NCBI RefSeq assembly: GCF_009914755.1
Contig: NC_060947.1
From: the human T2T-CHM13v2.0 reference genome, Homo sapiens
Direction: 5' to 3' (one strand)
Length of the DNA stretch: 64,000 nt
Shown here: positions 30,722 to 44,464 of the stretch, one piece after another
Layout: every line of letters begins with the position of its first letter
How positions within the stretch are numbered: position 1 is the stretch's first letter
Translations under genes and position numbers: made by a program
The notes under the pieces: generated by a model
Databases searched by the model: none
The model's input: the letters and a program-made list of their open reading frames with translations, nothing else
What the model was told of the DNA's origin: nothing

Positions 30722-31575
30722 TTTGTTTTATTTTATTCTGGGGCACATGTGTAGGATGTGCAGGTTTGTTACATAGGTAAACATGTGCCATGGTGGTTTG
30801 CTGCACAGATCAACCCATCACCAAGGTATTAAGCCTGGCATGCATTAGGTCATTTTCCTGGTGCTCTACCCCCAGCCTATCCTCCCCACACAGGCCCCAG
30901 TGTGTGTTGTTTCCCTCCCTGTATGCATGTGTTCTCATTGTTCAACTCCCCCTTATAAATGAGAATATGTGGTGTTTGGTTTTCTGTTCCTGCATTAGTT
31001 TGCTGAGGATAATGGCTTCCACTCTCATCCATGTCCCTGCAAAGGACATGATCTCATTCTTTTTTTATGGCTGCATAGTATTCCATCTGGTATATGTACC
31101 ACATTTTCTTTATCCAGTCTGTCATTGATGGGCATTTAGGTTGATTCCATATCTTTACTATTGTGAATAGTGCTGCAGTGAACATACACGTGCATGTATC
31201 TTTATAATAGAGTGATTTATATTCCTTTGGGTATATACCCAATAATGGGATTGCTGGGTCAAATGGTATTTCTGGTTCTAAATCTTTGAGGAATCACCAC
31301 ACTGTCTTCCACAATGATTGAACTAATTTACATTCCGACCAACAGTGTAAAAGTGTTCCTACATCTCCGCAACCTTGCCAGCATCTGTTGTTTCTTGACT
31401 TTTTAATAATTGCCATTCTGACTGGCATGAGGTGATATCTCATTGTGGTTTTGATTTGCATTTCTCTAATGATCTGTGATGTTGAGCTTTTTGTCATATG
31501 TTTCCTGGCCACATTAATGTCTTCTTTTGACAAATGTGCATTCATGTCCCTTGCTTACTTTTTAATGGGGTTGTG
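30722..31575 (-). mobile_element. L1PA-type 3' fragment (ORF2 C-terminus plus 3'UTR), inactive
   Basis: ORFs 31294-31545 and 31054-31242 give [15 protein letters not shown]...GTLLHCW.ECKLVQ and YPKEYKS.YYKDTCT.MF.AALFTI...WIKKMWYIY.MEYYAAIK. Confidence 0.93.
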
Positions 31576-32988
31576 ATCAACTCTTTTCTTTTTGGAAACT
31601 TTATCCTGCAGATCAAATATTGCTCTGAAATGGACTGTAATGAACAAGGACAGATTGGTTGTTGAAGTGAGAGTGGTAGAATCTTTGGGAGAAAGTGGCC
31701 ATACAGTTTTAGAATCTATAATGGTAAATGACCAACATAGCTTGGCATGTGCATTGGGGTTTGGGAAAACAGAGTTTAGCATTGTTCAGATAAAAATATA
31801 GATATTATCTCCTGGCCAGGGACTCTGAGAAAGAAATGGATCAAGTGCTAGGATGTACTCAAACATGAAATATCTGCACATACAATCACAAAACCATAAA
31901 GCATCCAACAGAGAAGGGAAAAAAAGAAGCATTGAAAGAAAGCAATGCGGCCCTATAGGGTTTCTCTTTAATGAACCTAGACTTTGAAAGAGAATATTTG
32001 AGAAGTTGGAGAAGGGCTAGAGGAATGGCTTACTTTTCTATATATAATGTTAAGAAGACCAAAATCCCAAAGATACTGATAAGACTGATGAGAAAAAGAC
32101 TCACTTCATTCCCTCATTTGTAGGTCTACCCTGATTCAATCTCCTCGCCCTTTCACCAGCCAGCATACCTGCTGCATGAAAACTAACCCATCACGCTCAC
32201 CCTCCATTTAAACTGCATGCAACTTCTGAAACTGTAATAACAGACATATTTACTCACCAAGAATTGGCAGGCGATAACATTTTGCCATATTTTGGGTCGA
32301 ACCCTAAAGAGTGGTAGTGAGGTTCTTTGAGACAATTGCATGGAAGTGCTCACCTGATTCATTCCAAAGTGCTGACTGACAGCCTCACCTGCATTTTGGG
32401 GATTCCTTGTCAGATTGATCTTCTCGTAAGGTGTAAGCCTCTTTTTGCGTTCTTCAGCATCCCAAATTTATCCCTCTCCTGGAATCCCAAACATCACAGT
32501 TGCTCCTCTCACATTTACTAGGAAATTTTGCTCTAAAAACTCTGAACAAACAAGCAAACAAACTGACAGGCACCAAATGGGTGTCATCAGATCTGCCTCC
32601 CTAACTTGTACTCAGTCCTTAGATGGGCCCTGATTGTAAGCTGCTGTGATGATTCCCCACCTGGCTTCACAAAGCCACCTTCCTTCTCAAAACGTTTGAT
32701 CTCATCAGGCCCACATCCAAGTCTTCATGTCTACTGACATCTAACTGGCGTTGGCGTCTTCTGGAACTTCTTTTCGAAGGTCAGAATTGATCTTTTCATT
32801 GTCAAACCCAGTCAATACCTTTGTGATGATTAACACTTCTAGTTATCCCCTTTGTTTCAGTATCCATGGAGACAGTGTTCATATCACGGTGATGGTGGGG
32901 ACAATTCCAGAATCAGAAAACCTAGATCCAAATTCTATCTTTTTCACATAGAATCTGAGCTGGTAAAAAAAAAAAAAAAAAAAAAAAA

Positions 32989-33300
32989 AGCCAGATGCAG
33001 TGACTCATGTCTGCAATCCCAGCACTTTGGGAGACTAAGGCAGGAGGATCCCTTGAGCCCAGGAGTTCAAGACTAGCCTAGGAAATGTGGCGAAACCCTG
33101 GCTCTACAAAATTTTTTAAAATACAAAAATCAGCCAGACATGGTGGTACGTGCTTGTAGTTCTACTTACTTGGGAGGCTGAAGTAGGAAGATAACCTGAG
33201 GCCAGAAGGTTGAGGCTGCAGTGAGCCATGATCATGCCACTGGACTCCAGCCTAGGAGACAGAGTGAGACCTGGTCTCAACAAAACAAAACAAAACAAAA
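32989..33300 (+). mobile_element. AluJ
   Basis: Dimer with (CAAAA)n tail, preceded by a long A run. Confidence 0.9.
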
Positions 33301-34289
33301 CCCCACCTCTGTACATATCAGCTTCTCTACTCCACCTATAAAATGGGAAGGAATAAATGACATGATTACAGGTTATAGTATCTGCAGAATGAAGATAACA
33401 CCCAGCATATTGTTAGCCCTTAGTACACGATAATGGCAGTGACCTTGTCTGTTTCCTCCAGCATGAGCTACAAATATTTTCCAAACTCAATATGATTAAA
33501 ATAAATTCTTTAGTGTCTCTTTTCTAGATTGACTGTGCCTTCAGTACTTCCTCGCTCAATCAGTGGGGTCCTCCATTATCCAGTTCATGAGCTAGAACCA
33601 TTTATTCTCCATGCTCTTATCCACTTAGTCATCTGTTTGGCTGAGTTTCCAAAATACCTCTTGAATTTACCTCCACTCTGTCTCCATCATTACTGCCTTT
33701 CAGCCTCATCCTTAGGACTTTAACAATAATACACTATTTGGACATCTGAGCACCACCTCCCTTTTTGTGGTAAAAGTCTGTGATTTTCTTTCCATGTTCC
33801 TACCTTGCCTCTCCACTCACCCTCAGCTTCTGTGCTTACCCGGTTCCTTGCTAGTCCCTTAGTTTATCTCCTTTCCATTCAGAATATTCCTTGAACGTGG
33901 GTTTTGTATTGGCACTTTGGAACAGTTTCCATTGTTTTCCAATAACTCCCTGATCAGCCTAGCTCTAAAGTCACTCTTCGGTAATTTGGCCAATATCCCA
34001 TGAATACCAAGATTTCACAGGATCACGGGGGTAAAGACTTTGACAGCCAAGGGTGATATCCATGGTAACAGCCAGTGAGAGGAATGCCTTTTGTGCAAAG
34101 TAGAAGAAAGTTGATTAGGAAAGGGGTGGGCTTGGAAAACCGACTAATACTGAGATAGCCGGCATACTCCAGCAGCTGGGTTTTAGAGCAGAGCACACAT
34201 GGATGTGAAAGATCTGGAAATTGATTTCCTTAGAGCATCCCAACCCTTTACACCCCATCAGCATGTCTTTGTGTATCTCTACAAGTAGG

Positions 34290-34662
34290 TGTATTAGTCC
34301 ATTCTCACACTGCTGTGAAGAAATACCCAAGACTGGGTAATTTATAAAGAAAAGAGGTTTAATTGACTCATAGTTCCACATGGCTGGGGAGGCCTCAGGA
34401 AACTTACAATCATGGCAGAAGGGGAAGCAACATGTCCTTCACATGACAGCAGGAGACAGAAGAATGAGAACCGAGTGAAGGAGGAAGCCCCTTATAAAAC
34501 CATCAGATCTTGTGAGAACTTACTCGCTAACACAAGAATAGCATGGGGAAACCACCCCCATGATTCAAGTACCTCCCACCAGGTTACTCCCACAACATGA
34601 AGGGATTATGGGAACTATAATTCAAGATGAGATTTGGGTGGGGACACAGCCAAACCATATCA
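34290..34662 (-). mobile_element. THE1/MST (ERVL-MaLR) solo LTR
   Basis: tgtattagtccattctcacactgct...ggggaggcctcaggaaacttacaatcatggcagaagg...gacacagccaaaccatatca; TSD gtagg/atagg. Confidence 0.92.
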
Positions 34663-35264
34663 ATAGGTGAGCCCCAGTCTGAAGACTAGTGGCTTAGATT
34701 ATTGTATTTGGCTTGGCACTGGTGTCATTTTCTGCAAACCTCTGTTAGATCTACAGTCTACCCATTTTGCCTCTATGAAAATAATTTTCCCACAGCGTGT
34801 ATCATTTTTCTTTAAAAACTTACCTCATCATACTGGCAAAACTCTTGCTCCTGGCTCTCTGAGATAATCCAGGATCATCTCCACATCCCCAAACCCTTAA
34901 TATAATCACATCTACAAACTCCCTTTTGCCATGGAAGGAAACATTCTCAGGATCAGGGTACTAGAATGTGGACACCTTTGGGGGTTGTGATTCTGTCTAC
35001 CCAACTTGGTTTCCATTGATGTAGTTTGTAAAGATGGACCTTGATCAAAATCTTTTGTGGGTGAGCCATTTATATGTTTAGGAGTTCATTAATAATGCGT
35101 AGCATTGTTTGTGAAAATAAAATCATAGTTATATAAATAGTAGTGTTGATTTGTTCATAAACAAGTAATGTGAACATGAACTTTTTCTGTGTCATCATGT
35201 CAATTTTATACAACATATAATTTTAATTTAAAATATATATATATTATATATGTATATATATATA

Positions 35265-35872
35265 TTTTTTTTTGGAGTTGGGACAGGGTGTCACTTTGTC
35301 ACCCAGACTGTCATCCTCTCACTGGCTGTTACCATGGATATCACTCTGTCACCCAGGCATGATCTCAGCTCACTGCAACCTCTGCCTCCTGGGTTCAAGT
35401 GATTCTCGTGCCTCAGCTTCCCAAGTAGGTGGAATTACAAGCACATGCCACCACACCCGGCTAATTTTTGTATTTTTTTGGTAGAGACAGGGTTTCACCA
35501 TGTTGGCCAGGCTGGTCTCGAACTCCTGACCTCAAGTGATCCACCCCACCTCGGCAAAGTGCTGGGATCACAGATGTGAGCCACCATGCCCAGCCTTAAA
35601 TATATATATATTTTTAAAGGCAAGGTCTCACTCTGTTGCCCAGGCTCAATTGTGGCTCACTGTAGCCTCAAACTCTTGGGCTCAAGTGATTCTTTCACTT
35701 CAGCCTCCCAAGTAGCTGGGACCATAGGCACATGCCGCCATTTCTAGCTAATTTTTTGGAGAGACAGGGTCTCGCTATGTTGGCTAGGCTGGTCTTGAAC
35801 CCCTGGCAAGGAATCCTTCCACCTTGGTCTCCCAAAGAGCTGAGATTACAAGTGTGAGCCACCATGCCCACA
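35265..35872 (-). mobile_element. Two adjacent antisense Alus (AluS ~35265-35595; AluJ ~35612-35872)
   Basis: Two partly deleted dimers next to (TA)n tracts. Confidence 0.85.
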
Positions 35873-36434
35873 ATAGAGATTTTTAATTCTGACTGGTATA
35901 TTTGAGCCAGTTCAGGGATATCTGATGGATATAGAGAGACAAAAGGTTTTTTGTACAGTAAATTAATTCTGTTAAGACAAAGCACATAAACAAATCAGAA
36001 TGTTCTTCAGCATAATCAGACATGTGCAAAAGTTTAAAGTAAGTTTTGCCCTTTCCCTTGATTGTTCGATTGCTACCCGAGCTTCAGTGCTGAGATGCGC
36101 TACCTCTCTGTTCAATGATGCTACCTTTGGTGTTTGTTGAACAATTTTTCATCGAACCTAATTTAGAGGAAAAGATGTTTAGCTGTAGATACAATGAAGG
36201 GAATTTTAGCTCCTTCTGGCTTCATATACTCCCGCTGCCGCATCGTGGGCAGCAGGGGTATCGCCTGCATCGACTGAGTTCATCTGTTTTCCCCTCACTG
36301 TTGCCTTTGATTTTGTCCTTTTGCTTGGGTTCCTCTCTCCACTCCGAAAACATTCTCAAGGGCTGAGCTCCTGCAAAATCCTTTCAATTCTAAATGCCCT
36401 CAAGTAAAACATTATTCTTTCCTTTCCTAACAAA

Positions 36435-37288
36435 CTTCTCATGAAAGTGGTTAACTAGCTTTCTCTAGTCCTTCTCCTGAAAGTGATAACTAGCTTTCTC
36501 TAGTCCTTCTCATGAAAGTGGTAACTTGCTTTCTCTAGTCCTCATGAAAGTGATAATGGGCTCTCTCTGTCCTTCTCTCTCTGTCCTTCTCATGAAAGTG
36601 GTAACTGGCTTTCTCTAGTCCTTCTCATGAAAGTGGTAACTGGCCTTCTCTAGTCCTCATGAAAGTGGTAACTGGCTTTCTCTAGTCCTTCTCATGAAAG
36701 TGGTAACTCGCTTTCTCTAGTCCTCATGAAAGTGATAATGGGCTCTCTCTGTCCTTCTCTCTCTGTCCTTCTCATGAAAGTGGTAACTGGCTTTCTCTGT
36801 CCTTCTCATGAAAGTGGTAAATGGCTTTCTCTAGTCCTCATGAAAGTAGTAACTGGCTTTCTCTAGTCCTTCTCATGAAAGTGGTGACTTACTTTCTCTA
36901 GTCCTTCTTGTGAAAGTGGTAACTGGCTTTCTCTAGTCCTTCTCATGAAAGTGGTAACTGGCCTTCTCTAGTCCTCATGAAAGTGGTAACTGGCTTTCTC
37001 TAGTCCTTCTCGTGAAAATGATAACTAGCTTTCTCTATCCCTTCTCCTGAAAGTGATAACTCGCTTTCTCTAGTCCTTCTCATGAAGTGGTAACCATCTT
37101 TCTCTAGTCCTTCTCATGAAAGTGGTAACCATCTTTCTCTAGTCCTTCTCATGAAAGTGATAATGAGCTCTCTCTGTCCTTCTCATGAAAGTGGTAACTG
37201 GCTTTCTCTAGTCCTCATAAAAGTGGTAACTGGCTTTCTCTAGTCCTCCTCATGAAAGTGGTAACTAGCTTTCTCTAGTACTTCTCCT
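36435..37288 (+). repeat. Minisatellite, 32-35 bp unit, ~24 copies
   Basis: Unit ttctcatgaaagtggtaactggctttctctagtcc; 24 gaaagtg-type cores counted. Confidence 0.97.
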
Positions 37289-37502
37289 CTGATTTCTTTC
37301 ATATTCATAGGATCTCCTGCATGGTACATGTATTCACACCCAAGGCTCTGATTTCAAAACCAACCGGCAGTGAACAGCAGGAAACATCAATGTTCCCACT
37401 TGTTAAAAAGTCATTTCTTGACAACTGTTAGGCATCTGAGATTAGTCACCCATCTGCTGTCAATGAATGAGTGTATCTAAAAGGTTCAAAATACTGACTC
37501 TA

Positions 37503-37795
37503 AGAACTCATAGAAACAACAGTACAATGGCAGTTACCAGGGGCAGAGGGTGCGGGTGGAAGAATGGGGAGATGTTGGTGAAAGGGTACAAAGTTCCAGT
37601 TAGACAGCAGAAATAAATTCAGGACATCCATTGTACAACATGGTGACTGTGGTTAATGGTAATGTATTGTATACTTGAAATTTGGTAAGGGAGCAGAGCT
37701 TTAATGTTCTTAATCACAAAAACTGAGAAGTATATAAGGTGCTGGATATGTTAATTGACTTGATAATAATCATTCTACATTGTATGCATATGAAG
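37503..37795 (+). mobile_element. L1M 3' end fragment
   Basis: gaactcatagaa...gttaccaggggc...aaagggtacaaagtt.cagttaga...gtattgtatacttgaaattt. Confidence 0.82.
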
Positions 37796-37844
37796 CATAG
37801 TCTTCAGATTATAATTCCTAGAGAGTGTTCCTCATACTCTACGG

Positions 37845-38352
37845 CAGTGGTCCCCAACCTTTGGGACCAGTTTTGTCAAAGACAATTTCTCCCTGGACCT
37901 GGGGTGAGGGGGGATGGTTTTGGAATGATTCAAGTGCATTACATTTATTGTGCACTTTATTTCTATTATTATTACATTATAATACGTAATAAAATAATTA
38001 TACAACTCACCATAATGTAGCTGAGCTTGTTTTCCTGCAACTAGACGATCCCATCGGGGGGTGATGGGAGACAGTGATAGATCATCAAGCATTAGATTCT
38101 CAAAAGGAGCACACAACCTAGATCCCTCACATGCACAGTTCAAAATAGGGTTCACACTCCTATGAGAATCTAATGCAGCCACGGATCTGACAGGAGGCGG
38201 AGCTCAGGTGGTAATGCAAGGGATGGAGAGTGGCTGTAAATACAGGTGAAACTTCACTCATTCGCCTGTTGCCCACCTCCTGCTGTGCAGCCAGGTTCTT
38301 AACAGGCCATGGACCAGTACCAGTCTGTGGCTCTGGGGTTGGGGACCCCTGC
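37845..38352. mobile_element. MER1A (hAT-Charlie)
   Basis: TIRs cagtggtccccaacc / ggttggggacccctg; typical body. Confidence 0.88.
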
Positions 38353-38961
38353 TCCACAGAGTCAGCATACAGGTGGAAACAGCCTTGACTCTCACATTCT
38401 CCAAAGCTCGCAGGCAAAAATTGGACATTGATGTCCTGAGGTTACTTCTGCCTGTAAAACTAGGTGTTAATTTAATGAATGTTACTGTAGTGTGGGGGAG
38501 TGGAAATCAACTATTAGGTAATTCATAGAAGTCGTCAGCTGAGAGAGCTGATAAGCTCCATAAATTCCCCCAGCTACCCAAGATTAATAATTTTATACTG
38601 AAAGCAAGTAATTATGAATTTGCCTCTAAATCACTTTTTTAAAATCCACACTCAAAAGTTGACAAACTGTCCTCATAAGTCAGACACCACTTATCAACCT
38701 GTTCACAGCATGGAAAACTCAGAGCTGCCTCTCCTTGATGGCATGCTTCTAAATGCAGTAACTCAATCCTGCTGTCTTAAGGAAGGCAATGTTTAATGCC
38801 CATTAAAGGAACCCTTCTTGTTTTGGTAGGCAGGGCCGCTATGTCTGCTCACCAGGGAATATGGATGCTATTCGATGGTAAAGTGACAAACACAGTAGTC
38901 CTTAACCACTTACACTTTTAAAGTTCTACACACATTTATGAATTCAATAAAGTGTCATTTT

Positions 38962-39065
38962 TCAATGGAATTGTTAGAACCCCAAATCTCAGTGTTACAC
39001 AATATACTCGTGTAACAAACCTGTACATGTATCCACTTAATCTAAAATTTAAAAAGAAAAGAAGA
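38962..39065 (+). mobile_element. L1 3' tip
   Basis: ccccaaatctcag...tgtaacaaacctgtacatgtatcc...aatctaaaat plus A tail. Confidence 0.75.
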
Positions 39066-39587
39066 AACTATTGTTTTTTAGCCTCAAATGTTAAAAATAC
39101 AAATACCAGTCTGCTAACTTTCAGATCCTGGAGACATCAAATCAAAACTCATTTGTCGAAGCTGTCATTATGAACACCTGGGTTAATAAAGGAAGTGCAG
39201 GGCAAGACACATGAAGAGTGAAGAATAACAAGTACTGTTTTAGAGCCTCCTGTGAAGGTAACTGTAAGGTGTCAGGAGAAACACCCTCAGAGCATCGGAA
39301 GTGACTCTGCAAAGGACTCCTGGAGTGTGCTGGTCCAGGTCTCACAGTGAACTGGCCTTTGGACTGTGAACCTGGGCATCCCCACCAGACACCTATCACA
39401 GCCCATGTCATGCCAACATCACCTAGAGGCAGTGGGTTTCTGGTTGTTTACTGACTTAGCTCTGGCCTTGAAAACTTGGCAGCAGTTTCAGGAGTCTCCT
39501 GTTTGAGGCTGAGATGAAGCTTCTTTGTTCTATGGGTAGATATTGCAGGGATGCCTTTGAAAAACAAAAAACAAAAAGACAATGATC

Positions 39588-39885
<298 letters not shown>

Positions 39886-40617
39886 AACAACCAATGATGA
39901 TTATTTTTGTCATACCTTCATTCTGTTTTCCAAGCATCCCGCGATATTGGCTTTATCTATCAATCATAGAGCAGGCACTTACTAATTCATCCCACAGTGG
40001 TTGCCAGAAAGAGTTGGGTCTAGCTGAAGAGGAGAGAGGTAAAGCTATTGCACATGTGCATGCTGTAGGGGTGGGCTCAGTACTGATAGTGTGTCCTCAC
40101 GTGCAGGGTGCTGGCTTCTTCTTGAGCGAATTCTGTTCCCCTGGCCTCAGCTGGCAGATACTCCTTATCATGGGGTGGCTGTAACTTGCATCAAGGCCTC
40201 CTGGAGAGCTTTTGGGGCCGGGTACCTAACTACAAGCAGAAATGGACTCTAGCATTCCCACTGACCTTTCACCACTCTGGTCCTTGTGCCTATAGTGTCT
40301 TTTCATAAATACAACCTGTTATTGGAGCGATTGGTGGAATATTGGATAGGAAAGTGCTTTGAACAACAGTAAGTGCGCATGGATTGTATAAGGTCCCTGG
40401 GTTTGATTTATGGGTGCTGCTTTGAGGAATGATAGAAATGAGGAAATTTATAACAATTCTCAGATATGACAAAAGACAGTGAGCTCCAAATCAGCCTTGC
40501 CTTCCCTGTCTACCTCTCTAGACTCTGCGGGGGGTGGTAATCTGGAGACCTCCATCAGTTCTTACAGATGGGACCTTACAGAAGGGACCTTATATCAGTT
40601 CCTCCATCAATTCTGCT

Positions 40618-40890
40618 TGCAATGAGCTGAATAGTCCCCCCAAAATCATGTGATTCCCACGACCTCAGAATGTGACCTTTTTTGGAAATAGAGTTATGGT
40701 GGATGTAATTAGCCAAGTTAAGATGAGGTCATGCTGGAGTAGGGTGGGCCCCATCCAATATGATTGGCGTCCTTATCAAAAAAGAAGACACTCGCGGAGG
40801 CATGATGTGAAGACACGCAGCACAAATGCCCTATTTCCACAGAGGCAGAGATTCAGGTGATAGATCTATAAGCCAAGGAGTGCCAGCAGT
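40618..40890 (+). mobile_element. MLT1 LTR fragment
   Basis: cctcagaatgtgacct.tttggaaatag...gttaagatgaggtcatgctggagtagggtgggccc...aagccaaggag.gccagca. Confidence 0.82.
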
Positions 40891-41506
40891 CAAATAAATG
40901 CTTTATATTTTGCTTGATTTTTTTTCACATTTACAGTTTTCATCCAGGTTGATATTTATAAGATGTACTTTTGCACAGGTCTTCATGTCCAATTTGGTGT
41001 TAATCTTAAACCCTAAGACTATTCATAGTTCCCCAGGAGAAACCTTCAGAACTCATTGTACAATTTAAGCAATAAATCCAGCAAATGTTTAGTAAGACCT
41101 CCCTCTGTCTGCTGCTGGACACAACCTCGTGGACAATGGAAATAAAAAGAAGATGTGGCTTCCATTGGGAGAATTACACAGTGGATTCAGGGAGACAAGA
41201 TGTAAATGCCCCCCAAACTAAGATGCAAAAGGGCAAAATCACTTGCCCAAGATCACACAAGTAATGACTCACTGAACTAGAATTTGAGCCTCACTGTGCC
41301 TGGTCCACAGCTAAGGTTTTTACTGTTTCCTAACGCACACAGAGTTTGTTACAGTGGATATTAATCACATCACCAATGTAATCTTGCAAAAGAAGACATT
41401 TCCATTATGTAGAGCATAGGAATGAGAATAGTCAAATGATTCCGAATGCCTTCCATTCTTTTTGAGATTTCAAATCACCAATTAGCTCTTTCAAAATTGT
41501 AATACC

Positions 41507-41808
<302 letters not shown>

Positions 41809-43065
41809 TGGCAATACCCTTAGCATAAATGGAAGACTAGCAATTCTCCCACCATGAACAAGCCAAAAAGTGGCTTGAGTAACTTTGCAAAACACAAATC
41901 AAATTCATTGGCCAGTTTGAAACTATCCCCAATGCACAACAAGGAAGCAACAGAAGAAAATTCTGCAGTTGAAATTCTTCTCCCTTATTGGGTCAACATT
42001 ATTATGTTTAGCTGATTTAGGGAATTAGCTTCATCATAAATTCAAATCTGGTTCTATTTTAGGCATCAATGCCATTTTATAGTTAGGCTCAACTACCAAA
42101 AATTCTAGCAATTTCCATCGTGGTCTTGAAATAAACCCAGACTCCCTGCAGCATGACTGAGTTTCCACCATGCAAAATGAAGAAATAATTGCCTGGAATT
42201 TTTAAAAAATCATTTTGCATTGCCAATTAAAAATTTACTCCTGCAAGACAGGGGCTTCTGTAAATCAGGGATGTGAGGGATTTGGTCTGATAATTCCAGG
42301 TGTTCTTCATGTATAGAGTGACACTTTGACATCCGCTTTGATTAAATTCAGGGTATTTCCACAGTCTTGGGTGACACATGCTGAATATTGATACACATCC
42401 CAAATATCTCATCTGAAGCCCTGAGAGCCAGGTGTTTTCTGGAATTCAGTTACGCATATTTTAGGAAGATAATATATGCCTTTACTTTACCTCCCAAGAC
42501 ACTCTCAGCAGGTGAGGGCAACATTCAATAATCAAACACATTAATATTTTTGCAGAAAAATGTATGACTATTCCTCCCAGTGGGATGCAGGAAGACCACA
42601 AGTGGTATAATATAGTGCATTTTTATAGTAATGCACTGGTAAATTAAATTGTGTGATGACAGACCATCAGTACCCTGGGCACTTCTGATTTCTAAGTAAA
42701 ACATCAGAGAGAGTCAATTCAGAATAAGTTAAATACCTTTACACATACTTGCAATATACATCTGTGACCTCTGGTTGCTTCGGCTTTTTGAGAAGAGGTT
42801 GCATCAGGGCTGTCATAGGTCTCTCACTGAGTCTGAGTTGGCCACGTGTTGTTGGCCAGAGAACAAGAATGATCAGGGAACATCTTCTCCAAGGATGAAA
42901 TGGCAATGTGAAAAATGACCCTTTAAAAGACTTCTCCCATTGCCGTCTGTCATGTGAACCTGGCATTCTCTCAGAGCATTTTTGCTAGTTGAATGAACTG
43001 TCTTACCCACTCATTCTCAAGGCCAACAATGAACAGATCACACATTCTAACCCTATCATCTAGGT

Positions 43066-43261
43066 CAGGGGTTGCAAACATTTTCTGTATAGGACTGCAT
43101 AGTAAATATTTTCAGCCTTGTGGAGGATACAGTCAGCTCTGCAATTGTATTTCAAAAGTAGGTGTATAAAGGAATGGGCATGGTGTATTTCAATAAATCT
43201 TTATTTAGAAATACAGGTGGTAAGCTGGGTTTGGCCCATGGCCATACTTAGCTGACCCCTG
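43066..43261. mobile_element. MER58A-like
   Basis: caggggttgcaaac...atagtaaatatttt...tttggccc...tgacccctg. Confidence 0.75.
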
Positions 43262-43690
43262 TTGCATGGCTTTTTTTTCACTGTGGTTCACAATTCCATT
43301 ATTATTATTACTATTATTCTCATGCTTATCAGTATATGGCAAACATAAAGTTAAAATGCACATCTTCTCTTGATGGAATACAAAATTCCTTGGCCATAAG
43401 TTTATATTAAATACATTTCATATTGAGGAAAAGAGCAGTACCTAAAACATTTCATTTTTAATGAAGTCTGAAGGAGGGAGGACACTTCAGAAACTATATT
43501 ATTTTATGCTTTTTCTGTTAGCCCCGATTGTCTGCTACTGGTATGCTTGTTATTAGATTACTCAAAAAATGTTTCTCAGGAAATTCCTATTTGCATGATG
43601 ATGAATAGGTAAATTGAGTTAACATTTCCATCATTGTGGATGTTGGCTTTTTCCAGTCACTGACAACTTTACTTTGTGTTTGCCTTTGAG

Positions 43691-44464
43691 TGTTAACACA
43701 ACCAAGGACTGTCAATCCAAGCTTGCAGACCTCCCTCCTGTTGGCTTTTGTTAGGTGTTGTGAATGGCACAAGATCGGACAACAAGGTCTGCACATATTT
43801 GTGTCTTTCCACGAGGTTGGACTTGTGAAAATGTTTATTCAGTCGTAAAAGCCACAAGAGCCAATTCTCCTTAGTGCTAAGCACTCCTTATTACTTCTTA
43901 GTACTTCCCATTCACTTGGTAGCCAGAGCCAGGGACACACAGGCTCAAGCCAGTTTACAACAGTCAATATTGCAAACCAAACATGGCAGTATACTTAATC
44001 AATATATAAATGTTCTAGATTAAACATTCCATAACACATGTTAACATGTGTTGTAACATTTAACATCCATATAAAGGGGATAGGAAAAGGAGTTAATGAA
44101 CCAGTCCATGGAGAGTGACATGGACAAGGAGAGTGTTCTGGGCTGATCTGGATGATAGCCCACATCTTGTAAAGAAGAGGCCTTGATTTGGGCAGAGGGT
44201 TCAGCAGTGGGTACATGGAGGAGACCACGAGTGTTAGCAAGACGGGGTCTAGTGAGGTGGTCATGTTGAACTGGTGAAGTCCTGCTAATATCCCCCTGAG
44301 TCCTCTGGTGAGGGGTGACAGTAAAGGGTTACAACCTCATCTGATTGGGTGCAGTCTGTATTGATTGGGCGAACATCTGGTCCTATTGGGAAGATGCCTT
44401 CTGAAAAGCAAGATGTAATCTTCTCCTAAGATGGAGTCACTTATGTCAAGAGTGCTCCTATACA
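43691..44464 (-). mobile_element. Probable ERV solo LTR, family unresolved
   Basis: TG...CA ends, aagatggagtcac near the right end and tttatt near the left, typical of an antisense LTR. Confidence 0.5.

Noticed and set aside
31054-31545. ORFs similar to L1 ORF2p
   Set aside because: Fragmented remnant of a 5'-truncated L1; not a functional gene.
36435-37288. CRISPR-like appearance (35-bp repeats with a small stem)
   Set aside because: Units are head-to-tail with no unique spacers, in human intronic context with no cas genes.
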